DNA of 64,000 bases from Paraspadella gotoi (taxonomy: Eukaryota; Animalia; Chaetognatha). Under the pieces are notes generated by a model. It was not told the DNA's origin. It saw nothing but the letters and a program-made list of their open reading frames with translations, and did not search any database. A program made the position numbers and the translations under genes. The stretch lies in the NCBI GenBank assembly GCA_051294375.1, contig CM119268.1:10485607-10549606 (forward strand), given 5' to 3'. This document shows positions 13,863 through 26,448 of the stretch, in pieces; position 1 is the first letter of the stretch; every line of letters starts with the position of its first letter.

Positions 13863-14951
13863 AACAGATTGTATTTGCTTCATTCGTCATTCCTTACGAA
13901 ACGTGATTACGCCTTGGACTCATTCCAAAACCCACGTTATTATCCAAATTTCCTGGTGCGCTCGATATTATCGAAATTCTTTGCAAAGTGGTTGTCTCAC
14001 TTTTTTATACATTGACTTGTAGTTTTAAAAAAACGATTCACTAGTTTTAATCATTGATAATTCCTTCACCTCGATTATTTTTTTTTGGTAACAATTATTC
14101 CGATTATTTAAAATCGTCATTTACTCTTTGTTTGTTTCTGAAAAAAAAAATTATGATGAAAAAGATTATATTCGTAACAAAATTGTTTTTACTCTGATGA
14201 GACGAGTAGTCCGTATCATTAGTTATGATTATTAATTTTTAAGTGAAAGGCGGTAAACGAAAGTTTGTAGTTAAGGTTCAACGAATCAAGCTCCACCCCT
14301 AAGCTTAACAGATTAACTAATTTGGAATTTCTTCGTTCATTTAACAAACTAATAAAAAGATAAAAACAAAAAGGAATTGTAAAATAATAAAACAGTTTAT
14401 TATCAATGCCATTTTTTTTTATTGTAAGTATCGCAAGTACGCTTACGGTCGACCTCTATCGTCTAAAAACTTACATCCAATTGTTCTTTTGTTTTTGATA
14501 CGAATTTTTTGGAGCTCTCGATTTTATTTTAACCTAAACTGGAGGAGTTAGGTTTCATGCTGTTTTTTTTTTTTTTTTTTTTTTTTTTTAATCATGGTGG
14601 AGATAAAAAGCGATAAATACAATTTAGGTTTTGGTCTGGTTTCTAGGAAATCATACGATGTTGTTAGCGACGCCTCTGGGACTTGAGGGCGTTGACCCAT
14701 GCCCGGGACGGGGATTTTCTAGAGCTTTTGACGCCAGGTTGGAAATTAGAGGTCAGTAAAGATGACCAGTTTTCAAATTATTTCTTACTCTTACGTATTC
14801 ATTTGAGGTTAGGTTGCTAAATTGACTCTTTCAAAAAAGGGTTTTTTTTCTTCGTTGTGCTGCAAATCTAAGCAATATCCAAATTATTTCCTTCGTCTCG
14901 TTTCAATTCACATGAAAAAAAACCAATTAGTTTTCGCTCTCTCTTCTCTCT

Positions 14952-14988
<37 letters not shown>

Positions 14989-14999
14989 CTCTCTTCTCT

Positions 15000-15032
<33 letters not shown>

Positions 15033-16075
15033 GATTGGGCCGAGAAAAGATGAATGTGGACGAAAGCACTTCGCCCGTGATCGCGCCTCCCACGAAGTTT
15101 CGAGAAAACTTGTTGGTCAGCAACGAATTTTAAAAATTCCAAATGTTTCCTTAGCCAAATTTAGCAGTTTAGCTATATAAGATAATGACAGCTTGTTGAT
15201 CTTAAGCTGACAGTTTCTCATCATATGGGTAAAGATAGGCAATCTGTAGAGTTGAGTTCTCGGCAGTGCCTTCCTTGCTATTTCCCTATTTATTACCTCG
15301 ATATATAGTCCATTTCCTCCATTCAGAGTACAATTAAACATTAGGCCCATTTATTGTCACCTAATCGTGTCAAAAAAAAAAAAAAAAAAATTCCCATGTG
15401 TTGATTTTGATTCTTTTTCGCGCCGAAAGTTAATGAAGAAACGGGACACGTAATATTTTTTTCCCCTGAGGGACCGCACCCTTGGCAACACCCAGCGCTG
15501 GAACCGATTTTTATGGAAACGGCCGAAAAAAAAAAATAGAATGTTTGGAGTAATTAGTCGTTTCGTGCAACAAGCTGGAGGAAAATTAGTAGGGTGGTTC
15601 GTACAGTTATTCGTAATAATAACAAGCTTTGCGAAAAAAATATTTAGGTATTTATGTTTTTAATTTATTAGGATGTAAATTTCGCCAAATACTAATCTTT
15701 GATCATTTAAACTAATCTTATTTCATCATTTGTTGACGCCCTTTTTTAAAAATAAGTTTCCATCTTTGAGGATGACCCTATCGACCGGATCGGAACGGGG
15801 TTCGTCGAACCCGCTCTGTTTTCGTCGTCTCTTTGGAGTCATCTCATTCATGACTTCATGTTTTTTTTCGTTCATTTCATTCCTTCTCATATCCGGATCG
15901 TCACGTTTAACATCAAAACATCGCTCCTTCTCTCTCTCTCTGAGATTTCTTTCGATAAAATGACGCTTCCGCCCTCGCCTGAAATCAAAACCCATTCCGA
16001 CCTTGGACGGTGCGTCGTCTAGAATTCGATCCGGATTTTAACTCGAATAATTCTCTTTAAATCTTGACCTCATTC

Positions 16076-19000
16076 ATGGTTCGCTCGCGCATCGTTATCG
16101 TTGTTGTTGTCTTCGTCGTCGTTGTTATTCCTCGCGGCGCAGGTGAGATTCTTTAAATATTTAATTTTAACGTTTAATTTTAATGTTCAACAAAAATCCC
16201 TCCATTATTAACAAACACACTCTACTTAAATCCATGACCTCAGGCGCCGCGGAAACCTGCTCTGATCGCGGCGTCGATGTCGTCGTTGCGGCGCCGGCTC
16301 GTCCCAACCCCGCCGACTCGGCGGCGACGACGGCTGCGTCGGCGGCGTTAAATTTTGCGGCGTCAATTTTTCGCCGCCTCTCCATCGGCGGCGCTAACGG
16401 AAGACGCGGCGCTATTGTCGGACGCGACGGCGTTAAAATTCTTGGTCTTGACGAATCCCAGACGTTGACCAACGAGGCGGTGATAGCAGCGGCGGGGACG
16501 GCGGCGGATGCGATCAAAATCGGCGGTCAAGCGGCGGATTTGAGTCTGGACGGCGTTTTGGAAGCCGTTCGCGATGTTCTTAATAGCGAAGGACGCGTCT
16601 CTTCCTCCTCCGTCTCAACGTTCGTCATCGTCTTTCTCGTCTCTGAAAACGCTGTCGACGCCTCATCCGCCGCCGCCGCCGCCCTTCGCTCCGCCGGCGT
16701 CTTCGTTTTCCCCGTGGCGGTGGAATCGCCTAGCGTGACGATCGATTCGCTGGTTACACTAAGCGGTCAGGCGTCTCGCGTCTTTAAAATTGCGTCGTCG
16801 TCCGGTCTCTCGCGTTCGCTCGTATTTCTGACTGACAAGGTCGAGCAATACGGACTCGGCGTCGGCCTGGAATGCCAATGGCCCGTCAGCGGCGTTCCAA
16901 CTCTGACTCTGACCCTTACGGCGTCGCTCGTTCGATGCGAAAGTCCGAACCTCGTTCTAGACTATTGTTCTGACCAAGCTTTGCTTCCCGACTCTAATTC
17001 GAGCGGCGCCTTCGTCTCCCCGGAATTGGAACTGAGCGAATGTGGATTGATCCAAGATCAGACGAGCGAGTTCAGCGTCTACGTCATTCCCGCGGCGCTT
17101 ACGATCACCGGGGCAGTCGACGATCAGGTTGAAGGGTCGGCCTTTGCCGAAGAGACCGTCCGGCTCAATTTCCGTTGTCTCGTCGCCGACAGAACTTCGT
17201 CGGATTCTTCCAACGACTCATCGCCGATCGATCTCGACCAGAATCCTCCCGTCGTCACAGCCTATGATTCCATCGACTTTCAAACAACGATGGCCACGCC
17301 CATTCAAGCTTTCCCCCAGCAGCGCATCTACTTGGAAGTCTCGCTCAACGCCTTCGCGAATCTCGACATCTTCATTCTCGACTGCTATTCGACGACGGAC
17401 AAGACGGGCGCTTCGATCCTTTCCACATTGATCGAAAATGGATGCAAAAACACCAACGTAGAGCTTTACAGTGCTACGTCAACGAACAAGAAGTTGTTCT
17501 CGCTACAGCCCTTTGTGTCGGCGACGGATGGGCCTAACACCGCCTTCCTTTATCTTAAAGTCGTCGTCTGCAATCCCTTCGACAGCTTTTCCCGCTGCAA
17601 CGCCGGCTGCCAGCCCTCGACGGCCGGTTCGAGGAAGAAAAGGGCCGCGAATTTTTTAACTTCGACGACCGTGGCCTTAGGCCCCTTTCAGCGAATATCA
17701 GCCCCGCAGTTGGAATGCGAATCATTGCTGCGACCAACCAACGGTTTCGTCGATTGTCCGGACGGCCAGAGAGAGGGTGCCGTCTGTTCTTGGAGGTGCA
17801 CTCAAGGCTATTCCATTAATGGAACCCAGTTTTCAACTTGTCTGAAATCCGGCGACAAATTCTCTTGGTCTCCCAATTCTTTCACCGAATGCGTGGATAT
17901 TGACGAGTGTGATGCTGGAACCGCGCAATGTACGAGACCAAATAGTGTTTGTAAAAATACTATCGGATGGTATGAATGCCCTTGCAGGCCGGGGACTCGT
18001 GAAAATAACAGTAGCGAATGCGTCGATTATTCAAAGTGGAACATGTCGATAAGGATGACAAATTTGGAATTCTCTCCCGCGCTAAATGACAACACTTCCA
18101 CCACGTACCTCGCTTTAAAAGAAAAAGTGGAAAAGGAAACTCCCATCAGTATTAACGGGATAAAGACGATAACCAGCGTTAAAAAATTTAGCCGGGGAAG
18201 CGTCATAGCCGACCTCGACGTCCTCGTCAACAAAGGAGTTATCGCGGAGAACAACGAGGGAGCTCAGACGTTGCAAAAGAAATACGAGGAAGCCTTCGCC
18301 GCCGCGAACGGGACTGCATTGGGAATCGGTCTCGCTCCCGGAAATATCGCTGTACTCGATTCGAACGAGTGCCTCAACGCCGCCGACAACGATTGTCACG
18401 CCAATGCCGAGTGCGTTAACACCGTCGGATCTTTTACATGCCGATGCCGGCCGGAGTACAAGGACGCGAGCACAAACGCCTCGTTGCCTGGACGGACCTG
18501 CATCGCGAGCGAGTCTCGATCGAACGACACCGTCTCGTCCACCGTCGCTCCGGACAGCGAGACCAATTCCGAGTTCGTCGCCGTTCTCGTTGTTCTTTCG
18601 ATCCTCGTCCTTTTGACTCTGGGTCTCTGCATCGTTTTTTGCGTCTACGCGGCGAAAAAACGGAGGAAGCGGAATATGATGTATCAAACGGCGGAGACGC
18701 AGACGGGGCCGCCGAGTCGCGCGTCCTCGACGGACGAGCTGCCCATCATCAATTCACCCAAGTTGTTCGATGATTCGAAGAAGCCTTCCGCCTGGCAGAA
18801 GCGAAAGGCCGGATGGAAACTCAGACTATTTACCCTTTGTCGTTCGTTGTCTCGCGACGACGAGAAGGGTCCGCCCTCTTCGGAGATTACGACGCAGACG
18901 GCTGCCGAAGATGGAGACGACAACGCCTTCGTCGGAGCCGAGTCGCCTCAGCTTTCGTCCAAGGGCGGCGACGACGACGCCGGAGCGCCAAAGCGATCGA

Positions 19001-19953
19001 GACCACCGAGCGTCGCCCCTTTCGGCGGCAATAGGATTTACCCATCCACCTCGGAATGCGATTGTCCCGATTGTAGGCGGCGGAAAGAAGGGAGAAGGGA
19101 TTCCGAATCGACGGTTCGGCCGATCCCAAGACTCCCGCCCGCCGACCATTGCGCTCAATGCGATCAACTCAGACACAAGCGGATATGCGAGTGTCCTATC
19201 TGCCAGGCGGCGCGAGGCAGGCGACGAGTGGCAGGCGATGGGTTTTCGATTTTGAGGCACGAGGAAGAAGATTGTAGATGTCGCGTTTGTCGGCGGAAGA
19301 AACGCTTGGCTTTGGAGAAACGAAAGGCAGCTTCGGACACCGAGGTTGAGGCGACGGATATTACCTATCCCAGCGACGCCGCCGCCGCCGATCCCGCCGT
19401 CAAAAAACGCGTCGGAAAACGATCGGCCAAATTTCGTCGAAAGGTTTTTCCGCCACGACGAGTTAAGCCGTCGACGTCCTCGTATGAATCCGACGCCAAT
19501 TCCCGAATTCCCGAGTTGCGGACCGAAATCGCGAGCGAAGACGCCGCCACCGGCGAGTGGTTCGGCCGGAGACTGAAGACCGAAGCGCCCTCTACTAGCG
19601 GAGCGACGAACTTTCTCGGCGCCGACGAAGAAGCAAAACGGAATCTCAAAGTCTCGCTTCTTCCGGTGGAATCATTTTCGGCTCCGGAGACGATAGGGGC
19701 GCGGGAGAGAAAGAGGGAGACGAGAGGGGAAGAGGATGAAGCGAGGGAAGAAAGAGATTCGCGGAAGAAAGAAGGAAAAGGTTCCGATTCGAAAGACCCG
19801 GAACGTCGGGTTGTTTTTAGCAACGACGAACCCGAGACGCGGGAGAGCCTCGCCGGTCCAACCGGCGATTCGGACCGGATCGGAGAAACGGAGCTGCTGC
19901 TCGATGAATCTTCTTTCTCTTCTCTTCGACGAAGATCCGAGTCAGAATGTTGA
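16076..19953 (+). CDS. type I membrane ZP-domain protein: signal peptide, degenerate vWA, ZP module, furin site, CCP/sushi, Ca-EGF, SEA, Ca-EGF, TM, long cytoplasmic tail
   Basis: Exon 1 (16076-16142, MVRSRIVIVVVVFVVVVIPRGA) joins exon 2 (16244-19953) in phase 1. ZP-C motif IYLEV..IFILDCYST..LIENGC..FSLQPF..VVVC..SRCNAGC, then RKKR and the EHP-like TTVALGPF; sushi CESL..NG..C..GAVCSWRCTQGY..WS..EC; DIDEC and DSNEC EGF domains; SEA with FSRGSVIA; TM FVAVLVVLSILVLLTLGLCIVFCVYA. Confidence 0.9.
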
Positions 19954-20264
19954 GACCCGTTGATTTATTTGGGTGCAAGAAGCCACAGCTCGAGCAATTT
20001 TGTTGTCTCTAATTTAATCCCTTTCATTTATTTGCGTAACCTTGACTGCTCAATGAACAGTCCCTATTACTGTCGTGTAAATGGAGATTTGCTTTTTCTC
20101 CCATAACGTTTCCAATTGTTTACTATTGCAATGATCTTAATTTTTGCTTTCGCAATAAAGAAACTAATTTATAAATTATCGGTCAGCCTCGAAGTTTTGG
20201 GACGAAAGGGTAGTAAAAGAAAAATGTCAAAGAGAACATTAGCTTCTAATACTATTAATTATTA

Positions 20265-20267
<3 letters not shown>

Positions 20268-20339
<72 letters not shown>

Positions 20340-20341
20340 TC
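20268..20341. repeat. (CTTT)n microsatellite
   Basis: Direct observation. Confidence 0.95.
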
Positions 20342-20617
20342 ATTCATTAGATTCCGTGAAAACAAGTTCATACGAAAGATTATTTAATATGTGATTCCTG
20401 GGATAATTTATTGAAATCACGAAGAAACAATCAAAAAAGAAAAGCGAATTAAAAAAAAAAAATATTGACACCCGGAATTTCCCTTTCGCCTTTTCGCGCC
20501 ATCTATGTGTAGACTCGTTAACTTTCAGTAGCAGACGCTCATTCGTCAACTGTGCCTCTTTTTCACAATCTTCTCTCTCTATCCAATGGATTCATTCAGT
20601 AAATCCGACTTCCCTCA

Positions 20618-22473
20618 TCACTTTCGCCCCGGCCCTTGACTCAAGGGTCCCCCAAAACCACCGCCCCCTAAACCAATCCCGCCTCCCAAGGGGCCAAGAC
20701 CGTTTCCGAGCCCGGTGCCGAGTCCGGTGCCGAGTCCGGTGCCGAGCCCGGTGCCGAGCCCGTTGCCGAGTCCGGTGCCAAGACCCGAGTCGAGCCCTAA
20801 CAGCGGAAGCAAGCCAAAGGGCATGGTGGTCGGGTGAGCCGGAGGATGCACGGTCGAGGGGCCCGTCAACTGACCCAGAGAAGCTTGTAGACAGACCGAC
20901 TGCATTAGGAGGTTGGCGAAGTCGAAGCTTTGAGGTCCTGTTGAACAGAGAGAGAGAGAGAGAGAAAAAGAAATACGTATTATTATCGGAAAACAGAGCG
21001 GAAAGGAAAGGAGACAGAATCACAGATTGGTACTTACCACCCGGCCCCGCGGCGCCCTGCGGTGCGCTGGCTCCACCGTTAACTCCCGTCATGGCGCCGT
21101 TTTGCGGCTCCAAGGTCGGCCCGGCGCTGGCTGCTCCGTTGACCGCGCCACCCGGGCGTCGATTTGAAGACATTTGACTCAGGAGGAAAATGGGTAGAAG
21201 GTCGTTCATTCCGAACATTGAGTTTTGTTGTGGGCGTGGCCTTTCTACCTCGAGCCTGATCGGCGAATAAGGTTAGGGATTGAAGAGAGAGGAGATTAAA
21301 ATAAAGATTTTAAAAATATTTATAATAATATTTGTAAGACATATAGTATGTAGATAATTTCTCATATTTTTTTAGGCTTTTCAATCTTTTTCTATGATTT
21401 TCTGTCAAAGTTTTTTTTAAATAACTTATCCACCAACTTTTTCATCACCCGCGTTTATTCACAGTTTTTTTCTTTCTTTTCACTGATTTGTGTCATATTT
21501 TAACTAAAACCGTTTGACTCACGCCTCTTTTCCCCCTTCGATAAGGATTCCGCAGTAAGGCTTTTCTGGGCGGAGGACGGAAGAGGTTGCTGTTAACGGA
21601 TGCAGGGTCGGTGAGGGGACCAGGGACTGTGGAGACACCCTGCTGGTTGCAGATCAGTTGCATCATGAGCGGCATGATCGAGCCTGTCCGGAGAGAGTGA
21701 AATTAAATGAGAAAAGTCCAAGGCCTCGATGCGATTTTGTTTTTTTTTAATCTATTGTCGTACGACAGTATTGCTTTTCATCATTGCAAATCCCACTATT
21801 CTTGTTTACTTACTTTGTGGGTTGCTAGGTGGAGCTGCTTGCTCCTCTAAACAACTGACGTTTTTTGCCTTGCTCCTGAGAAAAAATTGGATGATTAATT
21901 TGTGAATTAATTCTTTTACATACATTCAATTCATGTGAAGAAGCTATTTTTTAATATTTTTAATAAAATTAATAAAAAAATATAATGGCTGTCAAATCTC
22001 TTTACACCTATTGTTGGTAGATGAGGAGCCAAATCCGGAAATATCGACTCGAAAATGGGCATGTCCAACAAAGATCGATTTTTGGGGGGTGTGTCTTTGC
22101 TGTCGCCGTCGGCGTCGAGCTCGAGGGTGGCGTAAAATTCCATCATGCCATTTACTTCTTTCTGTAAAGAGCATTGAGAGAGTAAGTAAACAAATTATAA
22201 TTGTAAAATTTAATTAAAACGACTCCTCACCGAAAAATCCATAAACTTCTGCAAGTAAGAATCGAGATTTTTGAAAATTTTGGAATCGATTGTCTTCGAA
22301 TTCGTAGTATTTCTGGCTTCAGCGATCGTCATGGCGAGGACCTAAATTCAAACAATCTTAAGCTCTCGATAAATTCGTTAAAATGTCTTCCTTTTTGATT
22401 GGTTACAATTTTACGCAGATTTGTGTTATACCGCCAAAACGAAAGCTGCCAGCCCTGGAAAGGCGCTGCCCAT
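20618..22473 (-). CDS. secreted Gly/Pro-rich low-complexity protein with (GLG[T/N])n repeat, about 8 exons
   Basis: Phase-compatible GT-AG exons give signal peptide MGSAFPGLAAFVLAVLAMTIAEA, then ..SIMPLMMQLICNQQ..FGMNDLLPIFLLSQM..FANLLMQSVCLQ..MPFGLLPLLGLDSGLGTGLGNGLGTGLGTG..GPGRK*. A 12-bp tandem repeat lies at ~20699-20790. Confidence 0.65.
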
Positions 22474-24162
22474 AATTTTTTTTTTTGCGTAGATGCTTCG
22501 AAAATCGAAGTTCCGTCGGGCGATTGTCAGAGATTTCGCGAAAATGCTTTTCGCGAATATGCAAATGAGAAAAAAAGGTGAAACGCTAAATCGTCTTACG
22601 TCTTCGAAAGGGAAGGAGTCGCCATTAATGAATAAAAAACCCAAAAAAAATTTTTTTCCAAGATTCACTAAGAACGATTCGCGGGTGAAAATGTTTTCGT
22701 ATTGAATGTCTGTCATTAGTTGTTTTTTTTTTTTTTTTCTCATTGCACTGTTTAGATGACAAGAAAAACCAGGGAATCTAGTTTAGTGATTTTAAACTTT
22801 AGTTATTTGTCATCGTTCTTTTAGGTTTAGAAAGACGGATCAAAAATTGTTGTAAGCATAGTCCTTTGTAATATGTTTTTAGCAACATTAGTCAATATTA
22901 AAACCGCATCATTCTTTCTCTTTCATTTGGTATCTTTGATCCGAGTAGGAAATTTTGAAACAACAAAAAAATTCATTCGTCATTGCTTAGCTAATTTTTT
23001 AACGAATGGCACTTGCATCAGTATGAGAATAATAACTCAATTATTTCTTCTACTTCTAGTCCTAGTTCATATAATAACGATTCAGAAAAATATTTAGATG
23101 ATACTGAAGGGGAAAAAAAAGACGCGGATTATTCAAATGAAACTTATTTTGAAATATATTAAATGTTTGTTTTAATTAAGGCGAATAAGTAACAAAGATA
23201 TTAATACTTATTACAGTTGTAATATCAAATACATAATCATGATTCATGATGATCTTTCAGGCAAAAACAAATATGTCCGATATAAATACATGTCTTTAGA
23301 GGTAATTTTCATCATTACTGTAAAGGAGTAATGAACTATTTATTTGTAACGTTAATTATTTTTTGACAAGATGTGGGAAGTAGAGTTTTTTTTTTTGTCA
23401 ATTTTTCTGGGCGTGTCCGAATTTTCGATCTCTTTTAAAATGTTTGATGTCGTATCGCTGCACCGATTGTCCGAATGGCCCTAATTAATCTTTTTCCCGA
23501 TGACGCCTCGTGAATCAATGACGATAGAAATCCCTCAAGTTTTAGCGAACAACTTGCCAATTTCACATTTCACCGTTGGAAGAAGGTTAATTTTAGGTTG
23601 AAAGACTTCCCAAGATTTTTACATCGTTGCGCCGCGATAAGTTATAATTTATTTTCCTAATTACCCCGTAATTTAAACAAAAGAATCGCTTTGTCGGTCG
23701 TGAAGGAATGAAATAAATATGAAGTCAATTCGTTTAAAGATATTATTCTTAAAGAGAAAAAAGAAAGAATAAAATTTTATGAACTAATTCATAAGAAACT
23801 ATAAAATATAACGTTCAAGAACGCTACATATGTCAAAATCATAAAAACAAAAAATAATAAGTTAAAATAAGGCAGATTTACATATAAATTGTAGAATTCT
23901 TTGTCTACACGAGTGAATACTTTTAGTAGATCGCTTTTCAATTCTAACAAATTCTGGTTTAAATTTAATTTCAGACGCTCTCGGTTAGTTAATTTTAGTT
24001 AGTTTCTCTTCAGACCAAAAAAGAGACATCATAGCACGAATGACTAACAAGAATTTTCTCCCCCCTCGAATAAAAAAACAAAATTAGCACTTTCGAATAC
24101 TTGTATGTAAATGAGTTTAAAGTTCTCTTCGGTCAGGAATTTTATTCGTTTTGCGGTACAGA

Positions 24163-24215
<53 letters not shown>

Positions 24216-24876
24216 ATGAAAGAAGACTTTTTTTCGGTTTCTGCTCTTGAGCAAAAATCATCGTTCTTCCTAGTATTTGTACAGCATCTTTTCGCCAAAC
24301 TATTATTTTTATTACTTCGATTTCAAGTTAACCTTCCATTTCACTCTAAACTCATAAAATTAAAAAAAAAGAAACACAAAATCTTCAAAAAAACTTTTTT
24401 AAATAAAAAGGAAAGATATTTTATGGATTTAAATTTTTAAGCAACGCCCAACGACGCCCAAGAAACAAAATTACATTTTTAGCATTTGATTTCGTGTTTT
24501 CCTTTTCCCTTTTTCTTTCCATTCCATTTCTTTTCCTTTCTTTCTCTCTTTACTTCTCCTCTCCCTTTTTTTTCTTTTCACTTTGAAGAAGAAACTTTGA
24601 TTTTCGTGTCGATTCTTTGTTTTCACGATCGACGGACCGCGGAGGCGATGGATGGGGGGAGTCTGGAGAGGGAGAGAGGGAGAGAGGGAGAGAGAGAGGG
24701 AGACAGAGAGAGGGGGTAGTCGGTGAAGTGGAGGTGGGACGGAGAGGGATCGAGCAGAATTCACCGTTTCGCCGCCAAAACTCATAGTTTTTTTTAAATC
24801 GTCCACTCGTCCACTCGTTCATTCGGATTCAACTTTCGATTTATCGTTCGCTTCGAATCTAAATTTTTCTTTCGAG

Positions 24877-24960
<84 letters not shown>

Positions 24961-25769
24961 CACACTCTCTCTCTCTCTCTCTCTCTCTCACCATTTCTTC
25001 CTCGTTTGGCCGTTTTTTATTTTTTACAATTTTTTTTTGGTAAAATACTTACAATGCGTCAGTTGTGTATGTGGAGCATTTTTACCTGATTGCAGTTTTA
25101 TGGCTTTTCTAATGCCGACTGTTTGTACGTTTTTTTCTCCATCTATCTCTCGATCCCAGAGGCTAAAATAGGAAAAATATTATTAGGGACGTCTTCCGGA
25201 AATCTGGGCGGGAACTAAAATGACTAAAAGCATTATAGCTTTTTAAATATTGAATCTCTGTCATTTTGTGCCCATCACGTTTATCTTACTTGTAATCTTA
25301 TTACTTTTTTTATTTTTACCAAGAAAAATCCATTAGTTTTTTTTGTGGGATTTTCGAAATAATCTCTCTTTTTTTAATTTGCAGGTGAAGCTGGGAGAAC
25401 CGCTTTAAAGCTGAGATAGAAAGAGGGAGAGCGAGAGAGAGAGAGAGAGCGACAGAAAGAAGTCTGCAAGAATGTTAACGAAAATTTATTACTGAGAAAA
25501 GTAAAGAGATATTGTGACCTCGAAAAGATAAAAAGAGGAAAATAGAAAAAAGGAAAAAAAGAATAGCGGCTTTTTTGGACTCGATTTGCTTCGAGTCTAA
25601 ATAAGGGAGACCGGAAGAAACGTTCGCTTGACAAAATAAAAAAATTAAAATAGAAAAAAAGATGATTCGACGAGTGATCAGTAAATTTAAAAGAACGGGA
25701 CACTGACCTCGAAACAAGACGACGACGACGACGTGAGTCCTTTTCACTTCACCGATTCACGCATCGTTC

Positions 25770-25945
25770 ATTCACGTGACTTTCGCTCGTCGATCGTTGA
25801 CTCCCGTCCCGACGCGATCTCACCGACTGACCACAGACTACACGACCATCACGTGACAACAATTCTCACCGTCGAATCCAATTTTCGTTTTGCGTCCAAC
25901 GATTAAATCGAAACGAAAATGTGACGCCCGCCCCGCCCTCCAAAC
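25770..25945 (+). promoter_or_regulatory. candidate promoter upstream of the LOXL first exon
   Basis: GC-rich island with two CACGTGAC E-box-like sites, a TGACG half site and a CCCGCCCCGCCC GC box, ~500-700 bp upstream of ATG 26449. Confidence 0.3.
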
Positions 25946-26448
25946 GGCTCGTCGAATCGGTTTCCATTCCTTCGAGCGCCATCTTCAGTTTCTTCTTCGT
26001 TTCCGTTTTTTCCTCGTCTTCGCGATTTTTTACGACTTTTGTCTAAAAATGTGAAGGAAAATCGTAAACGTCTCTTGACGAAGTGAAAGTTTTAAACCTC
26101 TTAAGGCAATATATATACATTGAGTTGTCCTCAGTGTGATATATCACATACTCACAGCCACTCACGCAAGTTTTGAGGAAGAAAAAAAAAAAAGAATTGA
26201 AGAAACTTCATAAAGAGAGAGAAGTTCTACTAGTTCCGATTTCCTCAAGAATTTCCTTTTTTTTTTTCGAAAACGGGTTAAATTTAGCGGAAATACATTT
26301 TAAACAATAAAAAAAAATATTGTTCGACATTCTGTAAGTTTAACTCAATTTTTGACGAAACGTTAAAACAACCTACGAAACAACTAAAAACACTTTTGCC
26401 AAAAACCAAAAATCAAAATTAAAAAAAAACAAACAAACTTTTTTGACG

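Noticed and set aside
14822-15142. Poly-ER / poly-SL ORFs here and at other (GA)n tracts
   Set aside because: Translation artefacts of microsatellites.
15117-15350. 77-aa minus-strand ORF or C/D-box-like ATGATGA segment
   Set aside because: No recognisable protein motif, and no matching D box with terminal stem.
20699-20790. Short regular repeats (also 62309-62393 and 56206-56271) as a CRISPR-like array
   Set aside because: Eukaryotic context, no unique spacers and no cas genes; these are coding or element-internal tandem repeats.
21810-22345. Possible non-canonical introns in the Gly-rich gene
   Set aside because: All apparent phase conflicts resolved with alternative GT-AG sites (TTGTTTAG acceptor and a ~50-nt intron near 21590-21640).
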